This document shows positions 25,786 through 36,952 of a stretch of 64,000 nt of DNA, in pieces. This DNA is from Psammoneis japonica. Taxonomy: Eukaryota. The stretch is from assembly GCA_008632985.1 (NCBI GenBank), contig QPGO01000128.1, positions 62,001-126,000 on the forward strand, read 5' to 3'. The number at the start of each line of letters is the position of its first letter. Position 1 is the stretch's first letter. Below the pieces are notes generated by a model. It saw only the letters and a list, made by a program, of their open reading frames with translations. It ran no database searches and was not told the DNA's origin. Position numbers and translations under genes: made by a program.

Positions 25786-28196
25786 AACTTTGTGGAAGAT
25801 GGGGCAGAACAGACAATCACCAACTGCCGGCAGAAGCGAATGGCGATTGAAGAAATGCTTTCACGCCATTGCAACCTGCAGCAACAGGCGTTGCTGCTCG
25901 TGCAGAATGGATCTGTGTCATCATGGTGTTGAATGCGCAGCAAATAACGCGTTGTCGGTTGACCTGGATGGAAGGACAGACTGAAGCACGCACACCTGAA
26001 TCACAAACATCTGGGTGAAAAGCTTGTTGTTCCTCGTCTTGGGTTTGCCCCCTCTGCTCTTATCTTGTTCAAGCCTCGATCTCACTTGCAGATTCAACTG
26101 AGAAACATCCAAAAATGGCTGTGAGAACCACGCTGAAGCTCCAAGCACTTTGTCCTTTGCACAGGTGCAAGCAAATGGGTGGACACACGTGTGTCTCTGC
26201 GGCGCTTTCTCACCGCGCTTCACCCGCCTCTTGCTGCTGCTGTTGTTGTCTGTCACATGGCTGGCATTGCAGCACTGCACTCACTGTTGCATGTGTGTTT
26301 TGTGGTGGGGGCAGCATGCAAGAGCAAAACTTTGAAGTGCACATGACGATGATGACGATGCCGTTGCTTGTGAGAGCTGCGCCCTTCCCTCGGAGTTTGA
26401 TTTTTTGTGGCCAGTGGGGAGTCAAAATGTGTGGGTTGATGTGTTGCAAGATGCAAGGGGTTGTTTTGCTCAAAACTCCACAGCTTGGCTTCACCCCAGG
26501 TGGACAGTTGCCATGACACACAAAATGGATGTGGGGTTGTCGCTCTGCGCGCATCATGTGCGCCTGTCTCTGCTCTCTGCCTTGTCAGCCGGGCTTGCTT
26601 CTTGGTCAGCCGCATCAAGCCATTCTCCTGCCTTGCTTGCTGTGGCAGCTCACTCTCACTCAAAAACCCTCCAAGTGCCATCGTTTTGGAGTGCAAAAAT
26701 CCAAGCATTGTGGCACACTCACAGGAGCCAGTCACATCTTCTTGTGCACGGAAATTCTGCATTTGGTCTGTCAGATGCCAGAACAGGCACACACCCTCAA
26801 CTCTTGGACATTGTGAAAACACTGCACTGCAGGAAGCTCAGGCCTGCCCATCTCCCCTCACAGTCTGAGTGAGTGCACAAACAACCACTGACTGGACTGT
26901 GCAACAATCTGGCATGCTCAACAGAGTCAATCTCTTCCCACACAGCAAACTCACACCTCCCCAGCATCCTCAAAGTTCTGTGCACTTGCTGTGCCTGACA
27001 AATGACAACTGGGTTTTTTGCCATTTTGTTGCCCATGCATTGTCCTGTCATCACTTCAACAAGCAACATCATTTGATGCCATGTGTCATGGTCAGCTTTT
27101 TTCACCCCATGTTGTGGCACACTCTTTGGACTGCCAAGACACAAATTTGCCATGATTGGGCTCCCGTTTCACCATGTCATGCCCCACATTTCTCACATTG
27201 TGGTCCACTTCATACAAACCCAGCTTGCCACATTTTGCTGTGGTGGCACCAGCACCAGCTTGACTGAAGACATGTTGTTTGTTGCTGTCTGCCTGCGCAT
27301 GTTTCCATCCAGCGAGTTTCCTTGACTTCGCTGATGCTGCTGTGCTGCACAGCTTTTGCCTCTGGTGACATTCATTGCAGCCATGCTTGGCACACAACTG
27401 CTTGCTTTGTTGCTGCTGCTGTTGGTGCTTTTCCCACTCTCGTGTCATCTTTTGAAGCTTCCTGTCCCTTTTTGTTGCATTGTCAGATGCTTTCTTCTTG
27501 TTCTCTTCTGTGCTTTTCTTGTTTCCAGCCAAGCACAACATTTCTTCTTTTTTGGCACTCATCACCAAAGGATTTGTGCTTGGTCTGCCATCCTCTTTGC
27601 ACAGCTGAACAAAGCATTGCACTGTTTGATGCTCCCTTCAGACATGAGCCTGCTTGTCTCTTTCTTGCAGTCTGTCTGGCAACCAAAATGCGTGCAAAAT
27701 CACACACAGAGCAGATCAATTTGTGGCCCAACCAATGCACATTCACATGAAAACAGCCACACGATGCAGCAGTTCATGGCAAGAGATGTGGAAGAATTGG
27801 ACAGTGCGGGCTTGTGTCCATCCACAAACAGGAGTTGGCGGACAGAAGATAACCAAAGACAAATTCGCCTGACATTGTCACCCTGAACTATGTCACAGCA
27901 ATCGACATGTCTACGCAAGTGGAGTAATGTAAATGTAGAAATAAACGCATTCGCGACCAAGTAATTAGAATGGCAGTGATGCGATAACAATTTCAAAGAA
28001 GTTTGAGTGTTCCTCCACATTAACTTGTGCCAAGCAACTCGACACCCAAGCTTCCCTTTTTGAGGCTTTCTTTTGGCAGACATGGAGCCAAACAGGACAG
28101 GGCAGTGGCCAAACGTGGCGATTTTCTCGTCGTGATTCGTCAGTTTTCAACCGAGGTTACGACGAGGGTTCTCCATACGCCCACATAGATCGGTTT

Positions 28197-30716
28197 TCAT
28201 GAGCTGTTGGACATTAGTTGCCAACGACGCAGGCTCGACCATGCAGCTCCGCCATCCTTTTGGCATTCAGCTTGTGCATAAGCAGCGTTCCCCAACACGA
28301 ACTTGTTTCTAATGAGTTCTTTTTCATCAAAGTGTTGCCTGTCGAGAGCATACAAGAGATATTTGTCAAAGTTTAGAACAAACTTTTCACGATCCGCGCG
28401 AGGAAGCCTTTGCATCAAGCGATCCGTGACGGGTTGTGTGCAGCCCCCGACGAGTCCCACAGCCAGAGCCATACAGACAGAAAGGCGGCCGCTTTGCACA
28501 TGGTTGGCGAGTGTATTGACAAAAACAGATAGAAATGAGGTTAGCGCGATGGACGTGACATCTTTGGCAAGATATTGCTCCAACGAAATGAGAAGCACAA
28601 TCTCAGCCGCCTGCAGAGTCACTGCAAGCCGATGCGTCACCGTCAAGAGTGATTCCTTTTTGCGTCCTACTCTCATGTAGGTTTTCCCACAAGATGCGTC
28701 AGCCAACACCTGTAGCAACCGGCGATATGACTCCTGAAGGACTTGGCTGCACCGCATCACAATGTCTCGTACAATCCATAGTTTATTCAATTCGGTCTCT
28801 GCTGTCGTTCGTCGAGGTGGATCAGAACCCAACAAGGAGAAAACATCATGTTGCGTAGCCAGGCCATTCAGTTTCGAGTCCGCCGCAATGACCTTCTTCC
28901 GAGCAGACGTCAGTTCAGAGGCTAAAACAACTTCGTCAGTTTCGACTACGTCCTTTTCAGAAGACTTAGACAAGAGCCGATCAAAGGTTTTCTGAGATAG
29001 AAGCAAAATCGCCGATAAAGACGTCGACTCTGCTAAACCATACCGGTGCTCGAGACATTCCACGGCAGTTGACACAAAGCAACAGTACTCTGGTGGAAGC
29101 GAACATACAGGGCAGTATTCAACTCGAATTGGGTTTGCAGTTGGGACCGTTTTTGTTGAGGCGGTTCCTGCAATTGTTGGACGCGCGGCAATGGGTATCA
29201 GATCATCCACAATCATACACCGACTTTGACCGTCTCCTCGAGTCACAGCTCGCATCTGTCTCCATACCTGACATGCTGGGTGTCTGACAGATTTGTACGT
29301 TATGAGCCACTCGAGGCATCTACGCGTACGAGAATCAAATGACACGTTGCCATCTTCACGCATTGCAGTGTACGCCATCAAACCGACCGTAAGCTTCAAA
29401 ACACGAATTACAACTTTGTGTGACACCTCCTCGAGTGCAAGCACACCATGTACCAGCTCGTTACGGCACGGGAGCGGTTCGTTATTGCCATGGTCAAATG
29501 TGTCGGGCAGACCCATCCATACAAACTCGTCGTAGAGTGCATCGACGGCTCCTTGTCCCAAGTATCCAAGCAGCCCATTCGGGAAATGTTGCAACAAATC
29601 TGTGTCTGCTGGAGTGCTCCTGGACTCACTACCCTCTTCATTGTTTTGGTCACCGCACACAGTTGACCGAAGGATGGTTGCAAGTGTCACGTGAAGCCTA
29701 TCTGTCCGGGCGAGCAATGCGTCATGGCAAAGCACGGATCTATTCTCTCTTGCGTAGAGTCCTCGGAGACCTCGCTCCAACACTACGTACATGAGTGCCA
29801 AGGCACGCCACAACGCCGCAGGTTCCTTGTTGCATTGCTGCAAAAGGCGACACGATTCAAGAAATGCGGCACGCATGTTGGGTGGTACAAAGGCCCCCGA
29901 AACGGAGACAAGAGCATGGACAGCACTTTTTTCCGGGATGAAGGAAGATTCCAACACTATGTCTTGTTGGACAAATTGACTGCTTCTGGGATCCATGAAA
30001 AGGAGGGTGGCACGTCGGTGCGGTTCCAGGCCGAGTGCAACGACAAGCCACAAGAGGCACGTCCACTGCTGAACTTCAGCTGGTCCGACGTAACCATGCC
30101 AGACAAGGTTACGCAAACAAACCCCATTGAGTGGTCCCACCAATACATGCAAAACGAGCGAGAGAGGTAACCCCAGCCGTGTCCGCAAAGCTTTTAGCAA
30201 GTCACGTATTCTCCAATTCGCATCCGAGTCGTTATTTCGGGCAGGTGCAATGGACTCGAGTGTCGCATCGAGCTCTGCCAGTAGCAGCTGTGTGGCACTG
30301 AAATAACAACACGTATTGCTTGATTCAGTTTCCTCGTGATCAAGCAGCATTTGTAACGCAAGCTCCACTCGTTCAGGGAGGCATATTTTGTTCTTGATAA
30401 CGTCGTGCCGTAACTGCTGCTGCACATCCACATTTGCTTGGATCGCAGCTACAAAGAGTTGCCGAGAAGCACAAAACATGATTTCATCGGGCTTTTGATC
30501 CAAAGCATGGAGAATGTCCTTGTCAGTGCAGTCCGGTAAACAAAGCAGCGAAGAAGGAGACAGAGGACCGTAATCGAGCTTCAATCTCGGCAAACATCTT
30601 TCCTGATTATCCTCGTACAGCAAAAGTGACTCCAGGTTAAGATCATTCAGAGTCGGAACGACTGGCTCTTCGCCAAAGACTGCCACCACGGCCGCTGATA
30701 ATGACTCGTATGGCAT
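28197..30716 (-). CDS. ERMARD-like (DUF4209) protein with an internal DENR/Tma22-type zinc-binding motif
   Basis: IRDLL..L..LVGPLNGVCLRNLVWHGY and LERGLRGLY..LLA....LHVTL..IL resemble ERMARD; second RN.L.HG motif (CRNELVHG); VEYCPVCSLPPEYC resembles the DENR N-terminus. Intact 839-aa ORF. Confidence 0.7.
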   Translation of the reverse strand: MPYESLSAAVVAVFGEEPVVPTLNDLNLESLLLYEDNQERCLPRLKLDYGPLSPSSLLCLPDCTDKDILHALDQKPDEIMFCASRQLFVAAIQANVDVQQQLRHDVIKNKICLPERVELALQMLLDHEETESSNTCCYFSATQLLLAELDATLESIAPARNNDSDANWRIRDLLKALRTRLGLPLSLVLHVLVGPLNGVCLRNLVWHGYVGPAEVQQWTCLLWLVVALGLEPHRRATLLFMDPRSSQFVQQDIVLESSFIPEKSAVHALVSVSGAFVPPNMRAAFLESCRLLQQCNKEPAALWRALALMYVVLERGLRGLYARENRSVLCHDALLARTDRLHVTLATILRSTVCGDQNNEEGSESRSTPADTDLLQHFPNGLLGYLGQGAVDALYDEFVWMGLPDTFDHGNNEPLPCRNELVHGVLALEEVSHKVVIRVLKLTVGLMAYTAMREDGNVSFDSRTRRCLEWLITYKSVRHPACQVWRQMRAVTRGDGQSRCMIVDDLIPIAARPTIAGTASTKTVPTANPIRVEYCPVCSLPPEYCCFVSTAVECLEHRYGLAESTSLSAILLLSQKTFDRLLSKSSEKDVVETDEVVLASELTSARKKVIAADSKLNGLATQHDVFSLLGSDPPRRTTAETELNKLWIVRDIVMRCSQVLQESYRRLLQVLADASCGKTYMRVGRKKESLLTVTHRLAVTLQAAEIVLLISLEQYLAKDVTSIALTSFLSVFVNTLANHVQSGRLSVCMALAVGLVGGCTQPVTDRLMQRLPRADREKFVLNFDKYLLYALDRQHFDEKELIRNKFVLGNAAYAQAECQKDGGAAWSSLRRWQLMSNSS

Positions 30717-31129
30717 GAGGCTGGATCTCTCGTGTTACCATTGATGCCCATTATCCTGCGGTGCCATCGTAAGCCTCATCTTATTTTGACACACCATCAC
30801 CGCATACAATACGCACTCCTACTATCAAAAAATCTATCTCTCTAGCTAAGATTTTTCATCATATGAAGCACGCACACCCAAATCATAAATGTCTGGGTTA
30901 AAAGAGCTTGTTTCACATTCCTCTCTTGTGGGGGTTTATTTGCCCCTCTGCTCTTTGTTCAATCCTCGACTTCACCTGCAGTTTCAACTAGCATGAATCA
31001 AAAGATGACCACAAGAACTACACTGAAGCTCCACGCGTTTAGTCTTTTGCACAGAGGCAGCAGCACAAGCAAACACAGACACATCTGCTGCACTTTTTGT
31101 GTGCTTGTCAAAAGGAGAACACCCAGATG

Positions 31130-32540
31130 ATGGAGCCAATCAACCAACACTGTGCCATTTGTCACTTCAAAGGCAGAAGCAGCTAAACAACAAAATGAAC
31201 AACTTTTCCATCAGCTGTGACACCATGATGGAATGCTTGTTTCCTGTTCATGATGCGCCAGCTGAAATTCAAACAAACGCGGCAGAAAATCAAAGTGTGG
31301 GCAAAAGAAGAATTTGCAGTTTCTCCATGTGTTCAGGGTGACCCAAAGCATTTTCTATCAGTGACATTTCTTCATTGGTCCATGCAATGTCACATCCTGT
31401 CTCAAGATCACCAGTGCAGGCTCAAATGAAGCATGTGTGTGCAGCACATTTGGGGGGCTCTCACCTGCTTGACAGAGGAACAACAACACTTGTTCATTCT
31501 TGATTGATGGATTCACTCAAAAGACATCTTCAAGCAGGCTCGCATGGTCTGTCCTTGCTCTCAGTGATCAGAGTCACTTGGTTCATCATTGTAAAAACAT
31601 CCGCAATTTGCTTGACAAAACTCTCGCCCATGACACAACTTCCTTCAAAGTTGGGCTCACAGCTCCCGCCATGGTCTTTCTTTCTGCCACAATTTCTGCT
31701 GAAGGCAAAAGGCTGATCTCTCCAATTGAGTCTCAACTTTTGGCAAGTTAGCCAAGACAGAATTGAGTCTTCTTGGGGCAGTTTGGCACTCTGAAACATG
31801 GCTTTGCTCTTCTTGCAGTTTGCAGTGAGGAAGGCGGGTGTGTGGGCGGTGGCAGCACAAAACAAGGCACAGCCAACAAGAAGGAAAGAAGTCAAGAATG
31901 CCAAGCACAAAATTCTTCATGGTGTTCTTGTCAACATGTTGGTCATGGATTTTGGAAGTTTTTTGAGAATCCCAATGAAAAAGGGCTGGACCAATGCTGT
32001 CAAAACAACTGTGAACAAATCATGGCTGCACAACAAGGTTTTTTCACTTCGTGTGATGTGGATTTTCTGGCCACTCTCATTGGTCTGCAGTGATGGTGTC
32101 ACATCTTTTGGCTTTTTGAATTGTGTGGACATGCTTTCATGCTCATCTAAAAAGAATGAGCAGGCTTGGACAGACAGTGCACTTGAGAGCTTGGGGATCT
32201 AGCTCCTCCTGCTCTTTGTGTCTTCTCTCTGGGTTCATGATGTCATGATGGCATTTTGATCTGCACCTGCAATGCTGACCTTTGTGACAAAGAACAAATG
32301 TGTGAAAAACCCATTGAGCTTGTTTTGTGCAAAGCAGAGATGCCAGGCTCTGAAGTGCAAAAATCAGCAAAGCATGCACAATCCAACCACAAAGGAGAGG
32401 CCCAAAATGATTGATGTGCTCCCAGATGAATTTGTCGTCAACCCAAGAGAACAGTGTCTCACTCATCACCACGGGGCATGAACAGGCACAGCAGTGGGAA
32501 CAGATTTCCTCTTTTGGCAAGAATGTGTTGATGCATCAGC
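31130..32540 (+). repeat. Decayed ~1.4-kb duplicate of 40820-42220
   Basis: Collinear blocks GATGGAATGCTTGTTTCCTGT, GTGTTCAGGGT.ACCCAAAGCATTT, AAAACATCCGCAA, GATGGCATTTTGATCTGCACCTGCAATGCTGACC. Confidence 0.9.
31572..31920 (-). pseudogene. Frameshifted pseudogene copy of the one-helix LHC-like gene at 41296..41619
   Basis: Fragments MKNF, LTSFLLVG, AMFQSA..QEDSI, LPKVETQLERSA, GESFVKQIADVF in different frames. Confidence 0.85.
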
Positions 32541-34859
32541 CATGGTCATTGCCCACAGTGGCTGGACAGTCATGGGGCTGAAAGCACACACAAAACTGAC
32601 GACAATTGCTGCACACCACTGCGCTTCACTTGTTTTTGTTCTGCTCCCCTGGCTGAGCCCTTCAGCTGTTTCTTCCTAAGAAGTTGTCCTAATTTCCAGG
32701 GTTTTCCTCAAAAGGACAAGGCAGCTCCCCCTCAACCTGGCCATTTTGGGGAGTGTCCAAATGGGCGAAACCAAACCAAGCTTTTGGAATGGATGCAAAG
32801 CACACACCGCAACAGCAAAGGACAATCGCAATCAGAAAAAGATGCAGAAAAGCCTTGCTTCCAAGGATGCATCTTGTCTTCACCAAGTGCTTGCCTGGTT
32901 TGCACGCAGCAGGCACACTGGGATGAAAGCAAACAAGTGGAACACAATGGATGTTCAGGAGTTGAGAAGGATTTCGAAAGAAACATTTTTCTCATGCAGA
33001 GTTGACTTGATGTGTTTTGCAGATCTAGTTTGGCCACCTTGGGCATTGACTTTGCGTGGCGCAACAGACCCTTTGAATGCAACAGGTCCATTCAAGCAAC
33101 AAGTGCACAATGTTTTGCCAATTCCTTGGCAAAACATGTCATTCCTGCTCCACATTGTCGATTGGTGCTAACTTCACAGTGCTTGAGGGGACTGCTGTTT
33201 TTGCTCAAATTTGATCAAACAGCTTGTGATTTGCATGATTTTTCCTGAATTTCACCATGCTTCGCTGTGGTGAAAACATCAAGCCACACAAGTCTGTGAC
33301 GGAGGTGGTCTGTCTGTGTCAACTCCCACCTGTTTTGTGATTGTTGTGCATCAAAGGTCACACACACACACATCAAACATTTGAGGATGGACCACTGCAT
33401 TTTGGAGCTGTGTCAACATTGCCATCATCATCATGCTTTGATCGCGGTGCCTGATGTTCTTGTTTTTTGTGCAGTTGGGGGTGAGTGCAAATTGTTTTTG
33501 TGTTCAAAAACAAGACACCACAAATGTCCTTGCTTTCAAATGCCACTGCAACTCCCATTGTGATTTGCAGAAAAAAACACATCTCATCCCACACAAAATT
33601 CTGTGACTGGCTCAGCACATCTCAGCCTCAAGCCCCACATCTGTGGAGTGAGTGTCGCTTGTTGTCATCATTTGAAAGCATCACTCTTTGTGTGATGCCC
33701 AAAAACACACTGTCAAATTTGTTGATGATTGTGATGAAAATTGACACATGTCATTAAATGGCTGAACAAGCACAATGAAATGGTGCTTGCAAAAATTGCT
33801 GGTTGCATTGCGATGTGCTTTCAACTCAGTGAAAATGGAAGATCATGAGAAATGAACAGTTTGGATGCACTGCGGCAGGTTTTGTCACTGCACCAAAACA
33901 TGCACAAATGAGAGAGACATTGCTCCAGCTTTGCAAGTTGGTTCCCAAGTTGGTCACTGCACAAAATCAGTGCTTGCACACTGAAATGTTCATTTTTTGC
34001 ATTTTCTCTTTGCTGGCGGCTGGCGTGCATCTGAACAATCATCATCTGGTTTTTGCACCTTGCTTGTGCATGAATTGCATTTTGTTTGGCATCAGCGGGC
34101 ATGTGCCACACCACAAGATTGAAGTTTGTTGAGAACTTCCAGGCAAACCACAGCCACCACAGCCACCAGGACAAGTGCAACAAGTGGTGCAGAAAACCTT
34201 GGGGGGCTGGATTTTGGCGACATTGACTGGTTGGTTCAACAACACAAACAGCACACACAAACCATGAGGGCACCGGTCGCTTTCCACTGAAAATTGTTGC
34301 ACATCATGGGGAAAACCCTCAACGGCCTGCTTGGAGGAATTGAACAATCAAAATTGCAAGCTCGCGAAAAATCAAGCCTCGGCTTGACGATCCATCTTTG
34401 AGGTTGCACGGGTGCAAAAGTGGGCCAGATTTCATGTTGTGTGGAACTTGGTGTGTTTTCTGCACAAATCGTCAAAGTCACCTCACCTGCTGAAACCCTC
34501 TCCTGGATGATGGAAACTTGAACATTTCTCATGACAAAGTGTTTGGAGCACTTGTTTGCACTCCCCTCGACTTGTTCACAGGGAGAAACTGCAAGTTTCC
34601 ATGCATTCCTTGTTTGGCATTGCCATTTGAATCTCGAACATCATGATTTTGGCACCTTTCTGTTTAGATTCATCATGCATCTTCAAAAACACATGGAAAC
34701 TTGCAGTTTCTTTGACTGCCCAAGTTGATTGGATGGAAGAGAAGGAGCCTGTGGGGTTGGAATCGTTAAACAGGGCACGTGCAAGTGTCGTTCAGTTGCA
34801 CTCTGCAGCGATTTGGTGATGGCGGACAACAAGTGAGCGATCGCAAAAATGGAGTCAAG

Positions 34860-36630
34860 CTTCCAATGACACACTCTCTCATCACAATGCTCGTGGTTGT
34901 CGAGATGATGCTCGATGATGGCATTGCTTGCCCTCTTGAATTCTTCAAATGACTTGTTGCAGCTCTGCTTCACCCAGCTTCCAAAGTTGCACTTGAGTTG
35001 TTCGGCATCATTTTTGTCCACTCCCGATGGATTGGATTTCTTGGGCCCACGTGCAAGTGCAAACAATTCTTTGGCAAACTCTTGGTTTTGGCAAGTCTTG
35101 TCCTTTGCCACCCACTTTACCTCTGCACAAGAAAGGGGCAACTGTCCGTGGTCAGGCAATTTCCGTGTCTCACCATTTGCCATTGTCTTTCTCGGCCAGT
35201 CCTTCTCGGCAAAGTTGATGTTCGGATCTTCAACTTTGGCTTTGCAGGAGGGCTTTGTGTTGGCAACGGTGGTGGAGTCATTGTCAATTGCAAGAGTGTG
35301 TGCAGACTGTGCCCCCTTCTGTTCAGTGAAACAAGCGCGTTGACTGCGTGCTTTGGCTCCATCGACTTTGACGACCCGCTGTGGTTGCTCATGCATTCGT
35401 GCTCTTCAGGTGTTTCTCCTTTCCCAAATGCTCATTGACATGTTGAGTGGAGCTCACTCTGCAAGCTCTTTGCAACAATTTTGCTGCAGAGGCCGCCGGC
35501 GGTGAATGCGTGGCCACTGTTGGAGCCATGTGAGTTGCCTGACCCATGTGCCTGCCATCCTGTGTCCATTCTGCCAGCCAATCCGGGGAGCCGTTGTGTC
35601 TGGGTGGCTTCCCACTCTTTCTTCAGATTGTGGTCCATGCACTTGTTTGCAATTTCTTCCATGATTGGGTGCAACTTGTTCTTCTCAACAGTGGGCCAAG
35701 GCTTTTGGCAGAAACAGCACAGGCCCAAGATGCCGCATGTTGTTTGGAGGTCTGCATGGTGACGGGTTCCAGTCCTGGGTGGGACTTTTTGTGACATTTG
35801 CCCCGCAGAATTCTGCGTGCGAGCTCTGCAGTTTGCACTGTGGTTGATGGATGTGTTCATCTTCGACATGTAAAAAAGGCCAAGTTTGTAGCACATCTAT
35901 CCCTGTTTGCACTCGAAGTTTTGGACAGTGCGCCTGCCCCACGCCATTCTTAAGACACTCGAGAATGGCGTAGAAGAAAAAAATGTCAAAAGTGTTCAAT
36001 GGACAGCCTGATGAATGTGCTATAAAATCATACAAAATTTCGCCAAAATCACGTAGAAATGTGCGTGCGCGACATACGACGCGATTCAAAAAACTGTCGA
36101 TGTCACAGTTCAGCAGTGCGAGGTCCCACCTAGACCTGGAACGCGTCTGGCCCAAGTCAGTCAAGCAGCACGCAAGCACCGACTTGATGTTGATGGTGTG
36201 TGTGACAGTGTTGTTCTGGTGTCCAGTGGGAAGAGGCTCGGGCTCCAATGTTGTGACGTGTCCTTTGTCACATCTGCATGAGACGGCACACAACAAACCG
36301 ACTTCATCAGCAGCAACGGACTTGCGCGGCATTTGCAAGCCATGTTTTCTTCAATCGTCTCAGCCAGTTCTTTCAATGGAAGTGACACATGATGGTCTCT
36401 GTCATCTTTCAGTTTATCCTCTTCCTCTTCATCTTCAGATTCTTTGTCTTCTGATTCAGGATGGCATTCGTCTTCAGCAGATTCATCATCAGTCCACTGC
36501 AGTGTGTGGCTGTCCTTGCCATCGTCGTTCTCAGAGCTGTTGCTGCTGTCATCATCAGCAACACTTGTTCCAGGTGAGTCCAAAGGAGATGGCTGGCAAC
36601 ATTGTTCTGCCTGCACCCGGCTTGCCATGA
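34860..36630 (-). mobile_element. Decayed Mutator-like/Kolobok-like DDE transposase gene, interrupted by a MITE (limits approximate)
   Basis: MDTGWQAHGSGNSHGSNSGHAF..GG..KIV, NHSGSSKSMEP, IDNDSTT, LKCNFGSWVKQ, IIEHHLDNHEHC; reading L-G-H-A-D-L-Q is restored on removing 35761-36147 plus one TSD. Confidence 0.75.
35761..36147 (-). mobile_element. 390-bp MITE family, copy 2 (inverted)
   Basis: Same TIRs as 14211-14600; flanks TGGT/TGGC (4-bp TSD with one CpG-type transition). Confidence 0.9.
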
Positions 36631-36952
36631 GGCAGCCTTGAGGTTCTCAACCTCACGTCAAGACATGATCCACTGCACTGGACATTGATGCAAATTTGAC
36701 AATCTGCCTGCTCTGCTGATTCCACTGCTGGCATTGCTGCTTGTTGCAAATTCATTTCCACCCACAGCCCCCTTCACCAACTGGTGCACAGTTTGCGCAC
36801 AGATTCGTCTGACAAGAACTGCCGTTTTGAATCCTGGAGTTTTTCACAGAATGTCCAATTTCGCATTTGGCAGAATCCAAGTTCGTTTGCTGAACTGCTG
36901 GAAGCTGGAACCAATCCGTGCACAACATGCTCTCACTCTTGCACAATCAACA

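Larger units (their letters stand above)
20730..27081 (+). repeat. Tandem segmental duplication, unit 3175 bp (20730-23904 and 23905-27081)
   Basis: Constant 3175-bp offset on both sides of the N-runs; junction at GATGCC-AAGCTG with CA microhomology. Confidence 0.95.

Noticed and set aside
20730..27081. Classical RIP or plain CpG deamination as the explanation
   Set aside because: RIP would make the TpA-rich copy the mutated one, but that copy has the intact ORF and start codon; CpG decay cannot remove TpA.
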